From positions 58,013 to 122,012 of the forward strand of contig CAVWBP010000009.1 of the NCBI GenBank assembly GCA_963753165.1: a stretch of DNA of 64,000 bases, given 5' to 3'. Below the pieces are notes generated by a model. It made no database searches and was not told the origin of the DNA. It saw nothing but the letters and a program-made list of their open reading frames with translations. The position numbers were made by a program, and so were the translations under genes. Shown here piece by piece: positions 28,599-37,403 of this stretch; positions within the stretch are counted from its first letter, which is position 1, and every line of letters starts with the position of its first letter. The stretch comes from Thermodesulfovibrionales bacterium (lineage in GTDB: Bacteria > Nitrospirota > Thermodesulfovibrionia > Thermodesulfovibrionales > SM23-35).

Positions 28599-28868
28599 AT
28601 GAATACTATTCCAGCCCAGGAAATAAAAAGACGGGGGATCTCTATCGTAGATGAAATCCTTAAAGACGGGGCTGTCTATGTGATTAAAAACAACCAGCCT
28701 CAGTATGTAGTTCTGACTGAGGATCGATACCGAGAATTATTGGCAGCAGAGAACGAGGCATATATGGCCCGAGTGCGGGCCTCATTGGAGGACGTCAAAG
28801 CAGGCCGGGTTTCCAGGTTTAAGAATGCACAGGAGTTGCTCAGGGCTATTACACAGGAAGATGAGTAG
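28599..28868 (+). CDS. type II antitoxin, Phd/YefM-like
   Basis: 89 aa. The ATG at 28599 is 7 nt after AGGAG; the track ORF opens earlier at 28512. 'VYVIKNNQPQYVVLTEDRYRELL' is typical of Phd/YefM N-domains. The stop overlaps the toxin start (TAGTG). Confidence 0.75.
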   Translation: MNTIPAQEIKRRGISIVDEILKDGAVYVIKNNQPQYVVLTEDRYRELLAAENEAYMARVRASLEDVKAGRVSRFKNAQELLRAITQEDE

Positions 28869-29143
28869 TGTATACCCTCATTACTCCGAAACAGTTCCTC
28901 CGTCAAGCCCACAAATTCTTCAGGAAGCATCCCGACCTTAGCCCCCGTTTTGCGAAGACTGTGAATGATCTCTGCCGTGATCCCTTCCAGCCACACCTCG
29001 AACTTCATCCGTTAGGCGGTAAACTTAGAGGATGTCATGCAGTAAGTCTGACCGGCAGCTATCGAATTACCTTAACACTCATGATTACTGATAAAGCAAT
29101 AATTCTGCTCGATATCGGCAGTCACGATGAGGTATATCGCTGA
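28868..29143 (+). CDS. type II toxin, RelE/ParE superfamily mRNA interferase
   Basis: 91 aa with a GTG start. 'LHPLGGKLRGCHAVSLTGSYRITLTLMITDKAIILLDIGSHDEVY' matches the RelE/StbE/YafQ-type C-terminal pattern. Confidence 0.75.
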   Translation: MYTLITPKQFLRQAHKFFRKHPDLSPRFAKTVNDLCRDPFQPHLELHPLGGKLRGCHAVSLTGSYRITLTLMITDKAIILLDIGSHDEVYR

Positions 29144-29583
29144 TTCGAATAAATATGACGGACTTGGTGCACATACGTAAGACAGGGCAAACACACAGGT
29201 TCGCCGCTGAGGCGGAGTTACCCCCTTTCCCTGGCTTTTCTCTTTATAACCCTTGTCCTTTACAAAAATTTGACAGGGTAATGACATTTTGGTAGGGTTG
29301 AAAAAAGGAGAGCAATGGGGACAGGAAGAAAGACTATTGATGCATCATATGCAATAAAGTTGCTTTCTTTTTCCTTCCACGAGTTTTGGGGGTTCGATGT
29401 TTCACCTCCGGAATCTTCCTCTGTTTTTTTGACTGAACCGACAAGACGCTCCTGACATTCCCGCACAGCCGAATACACAGTATCACTTTCAAGAAACCAG
29501 CCAGCCACAGGTCTTCTCCATGAAAAGGACAACAGGTTTTGTGAATCAGATCAACCTTTTGCCAGAAAAGAAAGGAGGAAACT

Positions 29584-30015
29584 ATGGGATTATTCGACAA
29601 GATTTTGGGAGGCTCAAAGAAGGAATATCCGCCGCTTGACCCCGGCAGCCCTGAAGGACAATACGTCCGGCAGGTGATGGGCGAGCTCACCAGTATCGCA
29701 AAAGAAGTGCCCGATCCGCTGGAAGTGGTGCCGGGAAAAGAGAAAACATTTGTGTTTATCGGAAAACCACCGAAAAATTTCGGTATTTTCTGGATACAGA
29801 ATGGTCAGGTCCGGAACTTCCGGAAACTGGCAGATGAAAAAAATATCTCCCCCTCGCAGTTTCAGCTTGCTTCGGAGGAACTCAGGGAAGCGTACAAGAA
29901 CAATGTGCCGGAAGAAAAATTTTCAGCGACTGTTGCCGACCGAAAGGTTACCGTGGTGCCGGGTGATTCCCTGAGGAGAGAGGTCAGCCGTATCGTTGAG
30001 AAGCTCCAGGGGTAG
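29584..30015 (+). CDS. hypothetical protein (143 aa)
   Basis: Strong RBS AAAGGAGGAA, coding-like composition, and a terminator after the stop. I recognise no motif. Confidence 0.6.
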   Translation: MGLFDKILGGSKKEYPPLDPGSPEGQYVRQVMGELTSIAKEVPDPLEVVPGKEKTFVFIGKPPKNFGIFWIQNGQVRNFRKLADEKNISPSQFQLASEELREAYKNNVPEEKFSATVADRKVTVVPGDSLRREVSRIVEKLQG

Positions 30016-30076
30016 CCTGCAGGTAAGAAAATTTTATTTTCAGGTATAATAGAATAGCTTTTGGGGTTATAAGTTT

Positions 30077-30119
30077 AAAAACCCTCAGCTGCTTTGAAAG
30101 CCCTGAGGGTTTTGTTTTT
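30077..30119 (+). terminator. rho-independent terminator
   Basis: Stem AAAACCCTCAG/CTGAGGGTTTT followed by GTTTTT, 60 nt after the 30015 stop. Confidence 0.7.
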
Positions 30120-30211
30120 CGGGGAAAAAGCAGAGAAAAGCCTGTCTTTCGGGATCGAAAGCACGGCTTTGAGAGTGAAAAGAATTCAAGGAAAGACTGG
30201 AGACCGCTGTT

Positions 30212-30421
30212 TTGGAAATCAAAGTCCATGGGAATGATATTGAAAGAGCACTGAAAGTCCTCAAGCGTGAACTGCAGAAGGAAGGTCTTTTTAAAGAAAT
30301 CAAACAGAGAAGTTTTTATGAAAAGCCTTCTGAAAAGGAGAAACGGAAACAACGGGAAGCAAGAAAGAAAAGGCGAAAAGCCTTACGTTTCAAGAAACCT
30401 CTTCAGGCAGTGAAGAAATAA
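30212..30421 (+). CDS. rpsU: 30S ribosomal protein S21
   Basis: 69 aa, highly basic. 'ERALKVLKRELQKEGLFKEIKQRSFYEKPSEKEKRK' matches the bS21 pattern. TTG start. Confidence 0.88.
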   Translation: MEIKVHGNDIERALKVLKRELQKEGLFKEIKQRSFYEKPSEKEKRKQREARKKRRKALRFKKPLQAVKK

Positions 30422-30490
30422 AAAATCAATTTTCTTTGTTCTTGCCCGCTTTACAGAATGCATAATTTTTGTGAGTACTCGCAGATACAA

Positions 30491-30516
30491 CCCCGAAAAT
30501 CTTCGGGATCGTTTTA
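30491..30516 (+). terminator. hairpin plus T-tract after rpsU (CCCGAA-AATC-TTCGGG, then GTTTTATT)
   Basis: Read directly. It overlaps the stop of the convergent glycosyltransferase gene, so it may act in both directions. Confidence 0.45.
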
Positions 30517-31218
30517 TTCTGCGTTCTTCTCCGGATTATAGTATTTCGCCAGCTTTTCAGGGTCCCATCCTAACAGGTAGAGTGTCATGAGTGTCCAGTT
30601 CCGCAGAGTACAGGAAAGCACCCCTTCCCGTTCCCATCGCCGAGGAGAGGTCAGGACTTTTTCAGGGATAATCCGGACCGTATAGCCGGTTCTTTTCATC
30701 CGTCTCATGAGCTCGACGTCTTCCATGATCGGAATTTCGCGATATCCGCCCAGTTTCTTAAAAACTTCTCTCCTCATGAATATCGTCTGATCACCGTATG
30801 GTATATTCGTAATTCTCGATCTGAGGAATACCATTCGCTCTATCAGGCGGAAAACAGGCCGGTCGGACTTGATGCCGAGGTCAAAGGCGCCCCCTCCGCA
30901 CACTGGTTCATCCAGTACAGCAGAGATGAGCCCCAGGGCATCAGCGGGCAGTTCTGTATCCGCATGAAGAAACAGGAAAACGTCTCCTCCGGCAACGGAA
31001 GCGCCTTTATTCATCTGCGTTCCCCGGCCTTTCGGAGAGACCACCTTTTTTACCTGTTTCTCCTGAATGCACTTGAGCGTAGTTGCCTCTGCATCACCGT
31101 CGACCACTATTATTTCAGCATCATACCGCAGGGATATCTCTTGCAGATGCCGGATCGTATTGTTTATCAGCGATGCCTCTTTCAGTACAGGGATGATAAA
31201 CGAAAAGGAATGCTTCAT
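30514..31218 (-). CDS. family 2 glycosyltransferase of the DUF2064-partner type (TIGR04283-like)
   Basis: 234 aa with 'FSFIIPVLKEA', 'VVDGDAEATT' and 'FLHADTELP' (DxD-type GT-A), and C-terminal 'SPRRWEREGVL'. It overlaps the upstream DUF2064 gene by 4 nt. Confidence 0.78.
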   Translation of the reverse strand: MKHSFSFIIPVLKEASLINNTIRHLQEISLRYDAEIIVVDGDAEATTLKCIQEKQVKKVVSPKGRGTQMNKGASVAGGDVFLFLHADTELPADALGLISAVLDEPVCGGGAFDLGIKSDRPVFRLIERMVFLRSRITNIPYGDQTIFMRREVFKKLGGYREIPIMEDVELMRRMKRTGYTVRIIPEKVLTSPRRWEREGVLSCTLRNWTLMTLYLLGWDPEKLAKYYNPEKNAE

Positions 31219-31892
31219 CTGATAAGATCAAGGTTTCGGGAGAGATAAGTCATGGTTCTCGATCCTGCAAAAGGGGTATTGATATTTCGCTCATAGAGTG
31301 CTTTCAGGTCTGCAAGCCTGTCCACATCCTGCCATAGGGGGAGGATGTGGACGTTATATTGGCTGTCTGTGAATATCTCCATGGTTTTTGCGAAGACCCT
31401 TTCCGTACTCCAATCTATCCCTTCAAATATCTCCGGGAAAAAGGTTTCCTTCCTGAAGCCGATGAGATAATATCCTCCGTCATGCGAGGGACCAATGACC
31501 GCATCATGCCGGGCGAATGCATACGCACTCTCTCTCAGCAGAGCATGCGGGAGATCAGGGATATCGCTCCCTATCAGCATCGCTTCAGAGCAACCCTGTC
31601 CGAAGACCTCCTCCATCGCGTTCCTCATCTTTTCGCCGAGATCTCTTCCATGCTGAGGCATATAAGAATGCCCTCTGCCGAGCCAGTCTTTCATTCCCTC
31701 TCCGGCTTCAGGGGGAGAATAACAGATTTTCAGAACACACTTGCCCCGGCTGACTGTTTTCAGGAGATCGAGCACAAAATATTTGTAGAGAATCCAGACA
31801 TTTTCTTCGCCGATATCCTCTGCAAGGCGGGTCTTCACCAAGCCTCTTTCAGGGAACCTGACGAAAAGGATAATGCTCTGTTCAGGGGACAT
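31215..31892 (-). CDS. DUF2064-family (TIGR04282-like) nucleotidyltransferase-fold protein
   Basis: 'ILFVRFPERGLVKTRLA', 'LIGSDIPDL' and 'VIGPSHDGGYYLIG' are the family hallmarks as I remember them. The start is placed at MSPEQS; the track ORF extends to 32078. Confidence 0.72.
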   Translation of the reverse strand: MSPEQSIILFVRFPERGLVKTRLAEDIGEENVWILYKYFVLDLLKTVSRGKCVLKICYSPPEAGEGMKDWLGRGHSYMPQHGRDLGEKMRNAMEEVFGQGCSEAMLIGSDIPDLPHALLRESAYAFARHDAVIGPSHDGGYYLIGFRKETFFPEIFEGIDWSTERVFAKTMEIFTDSQYNVHILPLWQDVDRLADLKALYERNINTPFAGSRTMTYLSRNLDLIR

Positions 31893-32628
31893 CGCGGGAT
31901 ACCTCGATGAAATCCACAGAGGAAGCTGTTTCGCCTCCTGTGTTATCGGAATCTGCCATAAGTGCGATCCCCGCGGTCTGAGGCGGGTCCTTGCCGAATA
32001 CCCTGCGGTAATCCTCAAGGATGTTTCTCTCTTCAACCATCCACCTGCCCAATGAACTTTTGCCATTGCGGAGCACAATTATTTTGGCCTTGTCGGTATA
32101 TGGACTGTCATACATGGTTGCGGCAGTTTCTGCGTATGACCATACGTAACTCAGTGTGCTATGAGGCGGATATTCACCATAGAGTTTTTTTGCAATACCA
32201 TACTGGATCTTTTCAAAGAAGGTTGCCTTTTCAGGATCATACCGGAACATGAAATAGACACGGATCGGGTAATCGTCGCCTGATTTCTTCTGCGGATCGC
32301 CCTTCAGGGAGAGGGTATCCACTCTCCACCGCCAGCCTGCTTTCGGATATTCGTACACACTAAACTCATCCTTATAGAGCAGTGCGGATGCAGAGGCTTT
32401 GCTCTCGGCACTGAGATACTGTTCCCCGCCGTCTGATTTTACCGCGTAGGTTGCATGAAGCTTTATTTTTGGAAAATAGAGGGGTCTCCAGCGGTCAATC
32501 GAGAGAAACTCTTCACGGAACAGGATCTGCTTTTCCACGGTATGAACCGGCAGGGCAGAACACAGAATAAGGAGAAACAATATTGCAGAGAGTCTAGTCC
32601 ATTGAGGCGCCATAGGGTATCCTGGCAA
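31882..32628 (-). CDS. DUF3047 domain-containing secreted protein
   Basis: 248 aa with a signal-like N-terminus. 'WRWRVD' and 'GDDYPIRVYFMF' are DUF3047-like. It is the first gene of the 3-gene minus-strand operon. Confidence 0.65.
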   Translation of the reverse strand: MPGYPMAPQWTRLSAILFLLILCSALPVHTVEKQILFREEFLSIDRWRPLYFPKIKLHATYAVKSDGGEQYLSAESKASASALLYKDEFSVYEYPKAGWRWRVDTLSLKGDPQKKSGDDYPIRVYFMFRYDPEKATFFEKIQYGIAKKLYGEYPPHSTLSYVWSYAETAATMYDSPYTDKAKIIVLRNGKSSLGRWMVEERNILEDYRRVFGKDPPQTAGIALMADSDNTGGETASSVDFIEVSRDVP

Positions 32629-32654
32629 TTAAAGGTTTCACCATACAAGCGCAT

Positions 32655-34760
32655 TCAAGTTTCATTTTTTATGAACCTGAGAAATGCCCCGGCAGCCTGC
32701 GGATCGAACTGCGTACCGCTGCACCGCGTTATTTCGGATATGGCGTATTCGCGGGAAGGCGCAGGTCTGTATGGCCGGTCTGATGTCATCGAGTCGAATG
32801 AATCTGCAATTGCGATAATTCGCGAGAAGAGCGGGATATCTTCGCGCTTAAGGCCGTCGGGATATCCGTCCCCGTCAATCCGTTCGTGATGGTGCCTGAT
32901 TACCGGCAATATATGCTTCAGTTGTTGAACAGGCCTGAGAATTTCTTCCCCTTTTGCCGGATGCTGTTTGATCATAACAAATTCCTCGGGTGAAAGCTTG
33001 CCCGGCTTATCAAGGACTGCATCATATGTTCCTATTTTCCCGATATCATGGAGGAGCGCGGCGATTCTGAGGGTTTCGATATCCCGTTCTCCGATACCCA
33101 GATCTTTCGCTATTGCAACAGCATAATGGGTAACCCTTTCCGAGTGGCCCTTTGTCCAGGGACTCTTCGCGTCTATTGCATTCACAAAGGAATGGATGAT
33201 CCCGTGGTACAGGTCCTGGAGTTCCTTGTAGGAGGAATCGATCTCTGTGAGCATATTGAGGAACGCGTCGCGGCTTTCGATGAGTTTCTGTTCCTTGTCC
33301 CTGCTCTCAGTGATATCAATAAGCAAAAGAATGTAATTCTTCAGGATAGTGTGTTCATGATATACCGGGGTAACGCTCCCGGCAAATGACCTCTTCTGGT
33401 CAGGCAGGAAATACTCGAATGTTTCAGAATTCAGGACCTGGTGTTCTTGAAACACCTTCCATCCTTCAGACGCTGTTTTTTCATCATATGCAAGCTCAAC
33501 AAAACTTTTCCCTATTATGTCCAGGTAACGCATATTGAATAACTTCGCAACATATTCGTTTGCCCTGAGAATATTAAATTTGGGATCAAGGAGCAGAACG
33601 CCATAGGGCATTGCATCGAACGTCTCCCTCCATTCTTCCGCAGCATTCCTGAGTTTTGCTTCATAGGATTTCCTCTCGGTAATGTCCCGCACGGTCGTCC
33701 GGCTTTTGATGAAAGTTCCCCGCCGGTCATATATCGCCGTTGCATTCACAAGAACGGGGATGTATACTCCGTCTTTTTTCCTGAACTCATATTCTATATT
33801 TTCATATGACCCTTGCTGTTTGAGATCCCCGAATATTCTGGAGAATACCTCTGCATTCTCCCCGGCAAGGAATTCGGTGATATGTCTTCCGATAACCTCA
33901 TCCCGTGTATAACCGAACATCCGGAGCCATGTCTCGTTCACGTCGAGAATTCTCCCGTCGGCATCGAGCGAGTGGTATCCGTCAGGCGCCTTTTCATAGA
34001 GATCGCGGTACTTTTTTTCACTGTCCTCAAGCGCTTGTTCCGTCATTCTCTGCTTCGTGATATCTTCGTACATCACCACAATCCCCTTCTCCTCTAATCT
34101 TTCTCCTATCACTGATGCGCTTACCTTGCAGATTATGTCCGAGGCGTCTTTTCTCCGGCATGGGTATACTTCACTATGCGTCCGCTGTCTTTCCATCAGG
34201 GGATAGAACCGCCTTCCTATCTCTTCATACTCTTCGTCTGTCCGGTAAAGGACCCTTGTGTTCTGTCCGATCAGTTCTTCAGGCGCCCATCCGAAGACGG
34301 TCTCCACCGCATCATTCGCGAAAAATATTGTCCGTTTCTTCAATCCGATCACCGCATGGGGAATTGTACTGAGGATGGATGACTCCAGGGTTTCCAGTTT
34401 TCGTATCTCCTCCTCCGCCCGTATCCGTTCGGTTATTGTTCTATCGATATTCCTGATCATCTCGTTGGTGATATTCTTCAGGGCCCCGAGCATTTCTATC
34501 TGGGAACCTCCGGTGACCTGCGCGCTGAAGTCCCCCTGCGATACCCTGTGGAGGACATCAAAATGTTCTGCGAGGGTCACGGCAAACTCATGAGATTGAT
34601 CAACGATTTCGCCAATATCACTCGCTGTCAGGTTCACTAAATGTTTCAGTTTCGAGATCAATTCAATCTCTGAGTCCTCCGGTATCCGGACTGTCGGATC
34701 TCCTGAGGCTATTTTCTTCAATGCCTCAAAAACTTCGCAAAGGCTTATGGCGAGTTCCAT
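32655..34760 (-). CDS. HD-GYP phosphodiesterase with multiple PAS domains
   Basis: 701 aa. The C-terminal 'HSERVTHYA...LLHDIGKIG...HHERIDGDGYPDGL' is an HD-GYP domain, and at least three PAS-like modules lie upstream. Confidence 0.88.
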   Translation of the reverse strand: MELAISLCEVFEALKKIASGDPTVRIPEDSEIELISKLKHLVNLTASDIGEIVDQSHEFAVTLAEHFDVLHRVSQGDFSAQVTGGSQIEMLGALKNITNEMIRNIDRTITERIRAEEEIRKLETLESSILSTIPHAVIGLKKRTIFFANDAVETVFGWAPEELIGQNTRVLYRTDEEYEEIGRRFYPLMERQRTHSEVYPCRRKDASDIICKVSASVIGERLEEKGIVVMYEDITKQRMTEQALEDSEKKYRDLYEKAPDGYHSLDADGRILDVNETWLRMFGYTRDEVIGRHITEFLAGENAEVFSRIFGDLKQQGSYENIEYEFRKKDGVYIPVLVNATAIYDRRGTFIKSRTTVRDITERKSYEAKLRNAAEEWRETFDAMPYGVLLLDPKFNILRANEYVAKLFNMRYLDIIGKSFVELAYDEKTASEGWKVFQEHQVLNSETFEYFLPDQKRSFAGSVTPVYHEHTILKNYILLLIDITESRDKEQKLIESRDAFLNMLTEIDSSYKELQDLYHGIIHSFVNAIDAKSPWTKGHSERVTHYAVAIAKDLGIGERDIETLRIAALLHDIGKIGTYDAVLDKPGKLSPEEFVMIKQHPAKGEEILRPVQQLKHILPVIRHHHERIDGDGYPDGLKREDIPLFSRIIAIADSFDSMTSDRPYRPAPSREYAISEITRCSGTQFDPQAAGAFLRFIKNET

Positions 34761-35082
34761 GCTCAGACTGCTTCATCTCTTTCTCATTCTTCTCGAAGAG
34801 CCGTTTGTTTTCCCTGAACTGGTCGCGAATAACGCTGCAGGTTGTCTTCATTGCCGCTGCGTCGAGGTTCCTTTCATAGACCGTGCAATCGAGGCACATC
34901 TCCATCTTTTCGAGAAATTTACCCTGAATTTCCCCCCTGCAACAGGTCCCCGAGATGAGCCAGCACCTGAGATTTCTTGATTTATAGGCAGGACAGGTTT
35001 CTTCACCGCAACGAAATACTTCCCAGCATTTGGTCTTCGTTTTCTTTTTTATGTCTTTTTTTACAATATTCTTTTTCATCAT
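34726..35082 (-). CDS. two-CW (Cys/Trp-rich) domain protein, possibly the detached N-terminus of the HD-GYP protein
   Basis: 'KCWEVFRCGEETCPAYKSRNLRCWLISGTCCRGEIQGKFLEKMEMCLDCTVY' fits the two-CW domain pattern as I remember it, followed by a coiled-coil-like tail. It overlaps the 34760 start by 35 nt in another frame. Confidence 0.6.
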   Translation of the reverse strand: MMKKNIVKKDIKKKTKTKCWEVFRCGEETCPAYKSRNLRCWLISGTCCRGEIQGKFLEKMEMCLDCTVYERNLDAAAMKTTCSVIRDQFRENKRLFEKNEKEMKQSEHGTRHKPLRSF

Positions 35083-35102
35083 GGTGTCTTCTGTGGCACT
35101 TC

Positions 35103-35510
35103 TCAGGGGTTGCCCTTGCCTGAAAGAAGTGTCTTCAGCACCGGAATCAATTCTGCATACATCTTGTGTTTTGGAATATATACGCTTGCCCCGGCTGATT
35201 CAGCAGACGACCGGTATTCCTCTGCATCGTACATAGAGAGCATAACCACCTTTGTTTCCGGATATTTCTTCTTTATCCGCTTTGTCGTTTCGATCCCGTC
35301 TGTTTCGGGCAGCTTGATATCCATGAGCACGACGTCCGGCAACCGCTTACTCATTATTGCAAGGGCCTCTTCTGAGTTCCTTCCTTCCAGAAATTCACTT
35401 TCAGGAAAAACTGTCGTCAACCATTTCCGGAGAGAATCCCGAAGGGCTTCATGATCTTCTATGATAAGGATTACCGGCCTGCTTTTCTGCACATTCTGAT
35501 TCTCATTCAT
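35103..35510 (-). CDS. single-domain response regulator (REC)
   Basis: 135 aa with 'ILIIEDHE', 'VVLMDIKLPETDG' and 'KVVMLS' receiver motifs. Confidence 0.88.
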   Translation of the reverse strand: MNENQNVQKSRPVILIIEDHEALRDSLRKWLTTVFPESEFLEGRNSEEALAIMSKRLPDVVLMDIKLPETDGIETTKRIKKKYPETKVVMLSMYDAEEYRSSAESAGASVYIPKHKMYAELIPVLKTLLSGKGNP

Positions 35511-35572
35511 TCTGTGTCCTCTGCTTCCCGGGACTGAGTAACCCGTAAAAGTCTTTAACCATACTTATGCAG

Positions 35573-36223
35573 CTATCTCTTCACTTTAATAATAACCCTT
35601 GTGCCTTTTTCGGGATCGGTTTCCACCCGAAGGGTTCCACCGATAGCCTCAGCCCGTTCCCGCATCGAAATGATCCCCCATCCCGGCTGTTCCGGAGACA
35701 GATATATGCGTTCGGGGTCAAATCCCCTGCCGTCGTCTGCCACAGTAAGCCCTATCTGTCTGTTTATTTCTGTAAGGGTTATGGCAACTTTTTTCGCACC
35801 GGCGTGTTTTGCCACGTTATTGAGCGCCTCCTGTACGATACGGAAGAGAGTTGTCTCCACGTTCTGGTTGAGGCGGGGATCGAGTTCTTCACCTTGAACC
35901 GTTACGGAAATTCCGGTGCGTGTCGCAAACTGTCCTCCGTACCATCGGATGACGGCCATCAGTCCGTAATCGTCCATGAGAGAAGGTCTGAGATCTGACA
36001 TCAGGTTCCGTATCCTCTCCGTAGTCTGCCCAAGAAGCATAAGCGAATCTTCAAGTCTCGGCCGAATGATATCAATTTCCTTTCCGGACATCTCTGTGAG
36101 TATGATGTTCAGGTTGATGCCCAAAGCGGTAAGATTCTGTCCGACCTGATCATGGAGTTCGCGAACCAGTTCTTTCCTCTCTTTCTCTTCCACCTCGTTC
36201 AGCTGTGCAGCGAGTGCGCGCAC
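35573..36223 (-). CDS. histidine kinase core (HisKA_3 + HATPase_c)
   Basis: 'ELHDQVGQNLTAL' H-box of the NarX/DegS type, with 'DDGRGF' and 'GWGIISMRERA' ATPase motifs. It has no sensor domain of its own. Confidence 0.85.
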   Translation of the reverse strand: MRALAAQLNEVEEKERKELVRELHDQVGQNLTALGINLNIILTEMSGKEIDIIRPRLEDSLMLLGQTTERIRNLMSDLRPSLMDDYGLMAVIRWYGGQFATRTGISVTVQGEELDPRLNQNVETTLFRIVQEALNNVAKHAGAKKVAITLTEINRQIGLTVADDGRGFDPERIYLSPEQPGWGIISMRERAEAIGGTLRVETDPEKGTRVIIKVKR

Positions 36224-36227
36224 CTGT

Positions 36228-37382
36228 TCATAGGCCTATCTTCAAGTTCTTCTCGGCAGTCTTGAGATCGGTAATATCAAGCAATGAAGCAATGCTCTGC
36301 CTGGTGCCGGGGATTGTATCAACCGTGAGCAGGATGTTCTTCACGGTACCGGACCGGTCGAAAAAACGGAACTCATACCTGGACGGTGCGGCGGCAGGAT
36401 TAATTCGCCTGAGCCTATGGTATTGTCTCATCATCTCCAGGTCCTCTGCTACGACATTTTCTGTCCAGCTTCTTTTGCCTTCTATTGCTTCTCTGGTATA
36501 GCCGGATAATTTTTCAAATTCGGTATTCGCAAGGGATATAGTCGTGTCTTCTTCGATGATGACCGTTGCGGTTCCTGTATTTTCAAAAATAGTCCGGTAC
36601 CTGTTTTCCGATTCCTGCAACGCCTGTTCAGTGAGCTTGCGGTCGGTGACATCCCTTCCGACCGATTGAATCTGAATAATCATCCCTTCGTCGTTGAACA
36701 GCGCCCTGTCAGTCCAGCCTTGCCACCGGATCCCTTCGTCCGGAGCTCTCACCCGATGTTCATAGCTTATTACAGGATTTTCGGGAGTAAGGGAACGGAA
36801 TCTCCCGAATACTGCTGAACGGTCTTCCTCCTCGACCAGGGGCATGAAACTTCTGCCAAGCAGCTCCTCCGGTTTTTTATCGAAATAACGGCAGTAGACC
36901 TCGTTTACAAAGGTTAAGGTCCCGTCCGGCAAAAAGCGGCAGATGAGCTCGGTCTGGTCTTCGACAATAGTGCGATATTTCTTTTCGGACCGCCGGACCC
37001 TCCCAACTGCAATCGCCCGGTCAATGACCGGTTTCAGCAGCTTCCATTCCAGAGGTTTCAACAAGTAATCGAACGCACCGGATTTCATTGCATCAACAGC
37101 AGTCTGGATCGACCCCTGGCCGGTTATGATAATGCCGATAAGCTGCGGGTCGAAAGAAAATGCAGCACGCAATACTTCGATACCGCTCATGTCGGGCATC
37201 AAGAGGTCGGTGATGAGGAGGTCAAACGATCTCTTTTTCAAGAGTCCCAGGGCCACGCCGCCCGAGGTACATCTTTCCGTTTCATACCCGATCTCGGTAA
37301 AGAAATCTCTCAGCGCATCGAGAATCTCAACCTCGTCATCAACAATTAATATGCTCCCCTGAGGTGAACGGTTCACGGGCAT
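36228..37382 (-). CDS. REC-PAS-PAS protein, probably the N-terminal part of a hybrid kinase with 35573..36223
   Basis: Receiver 'ILIVDDEVE...LLITDLLMPDMSG' followed by two PAS modules. The stop at 36228 is followed in another frame by 'AYEQVRALAAQLNEVEEKERK', which leads into the H-box. Confidence 0.8.
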   Translation of the reverse strand: MPVNRSPQGSILIVDDEVEILDALRDFFTEIGYETERCTSGGVALGLLKKRSFDLLITDLLMPDMSGIEVLRAAFSFDPQLIGIIITGQGSIQTAVDAMKSGAFDYLLKPLEWKLLKPVIDRAIAVGRVRRSEKKYRTIVEDQTELICRFLPDGTLTFVNEVYCRYFDKKPEELLGRSFMPLVEEEDRSAVFGRFRSLTPENPVISYEHRVRAPDEGIRWQGWTDRALFNDEGMIIQIQSVGRDVTDRKLTEQALQESENRYRTIFENTGTATVIIEEDTTISLANTEFEKLSGYTREAIEGKRSWTENVVAEDLEMMRQYHRLRRINPAAAPSRYEFRFFDRSGTVKNILLTVDTIPGTRQSIASLLDITDLKTAEKNLKIGL

Positions 37383-37403
37383 AGGGTATCCGGAAGCCTT
37401 TTT

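Noticed and set aside
29315-29455. 46-aa ORF with a good RBS ending at TGA, considered as a possible selenoprotein with read-through
   Set aside because: The read-through text is not protein-like and no SECIS-type hairpin follows the TGA. The extension would run into the well-supported 29584 gene. The ORF also contains a T7 run (29424-29430), so even its frame is uncertain.
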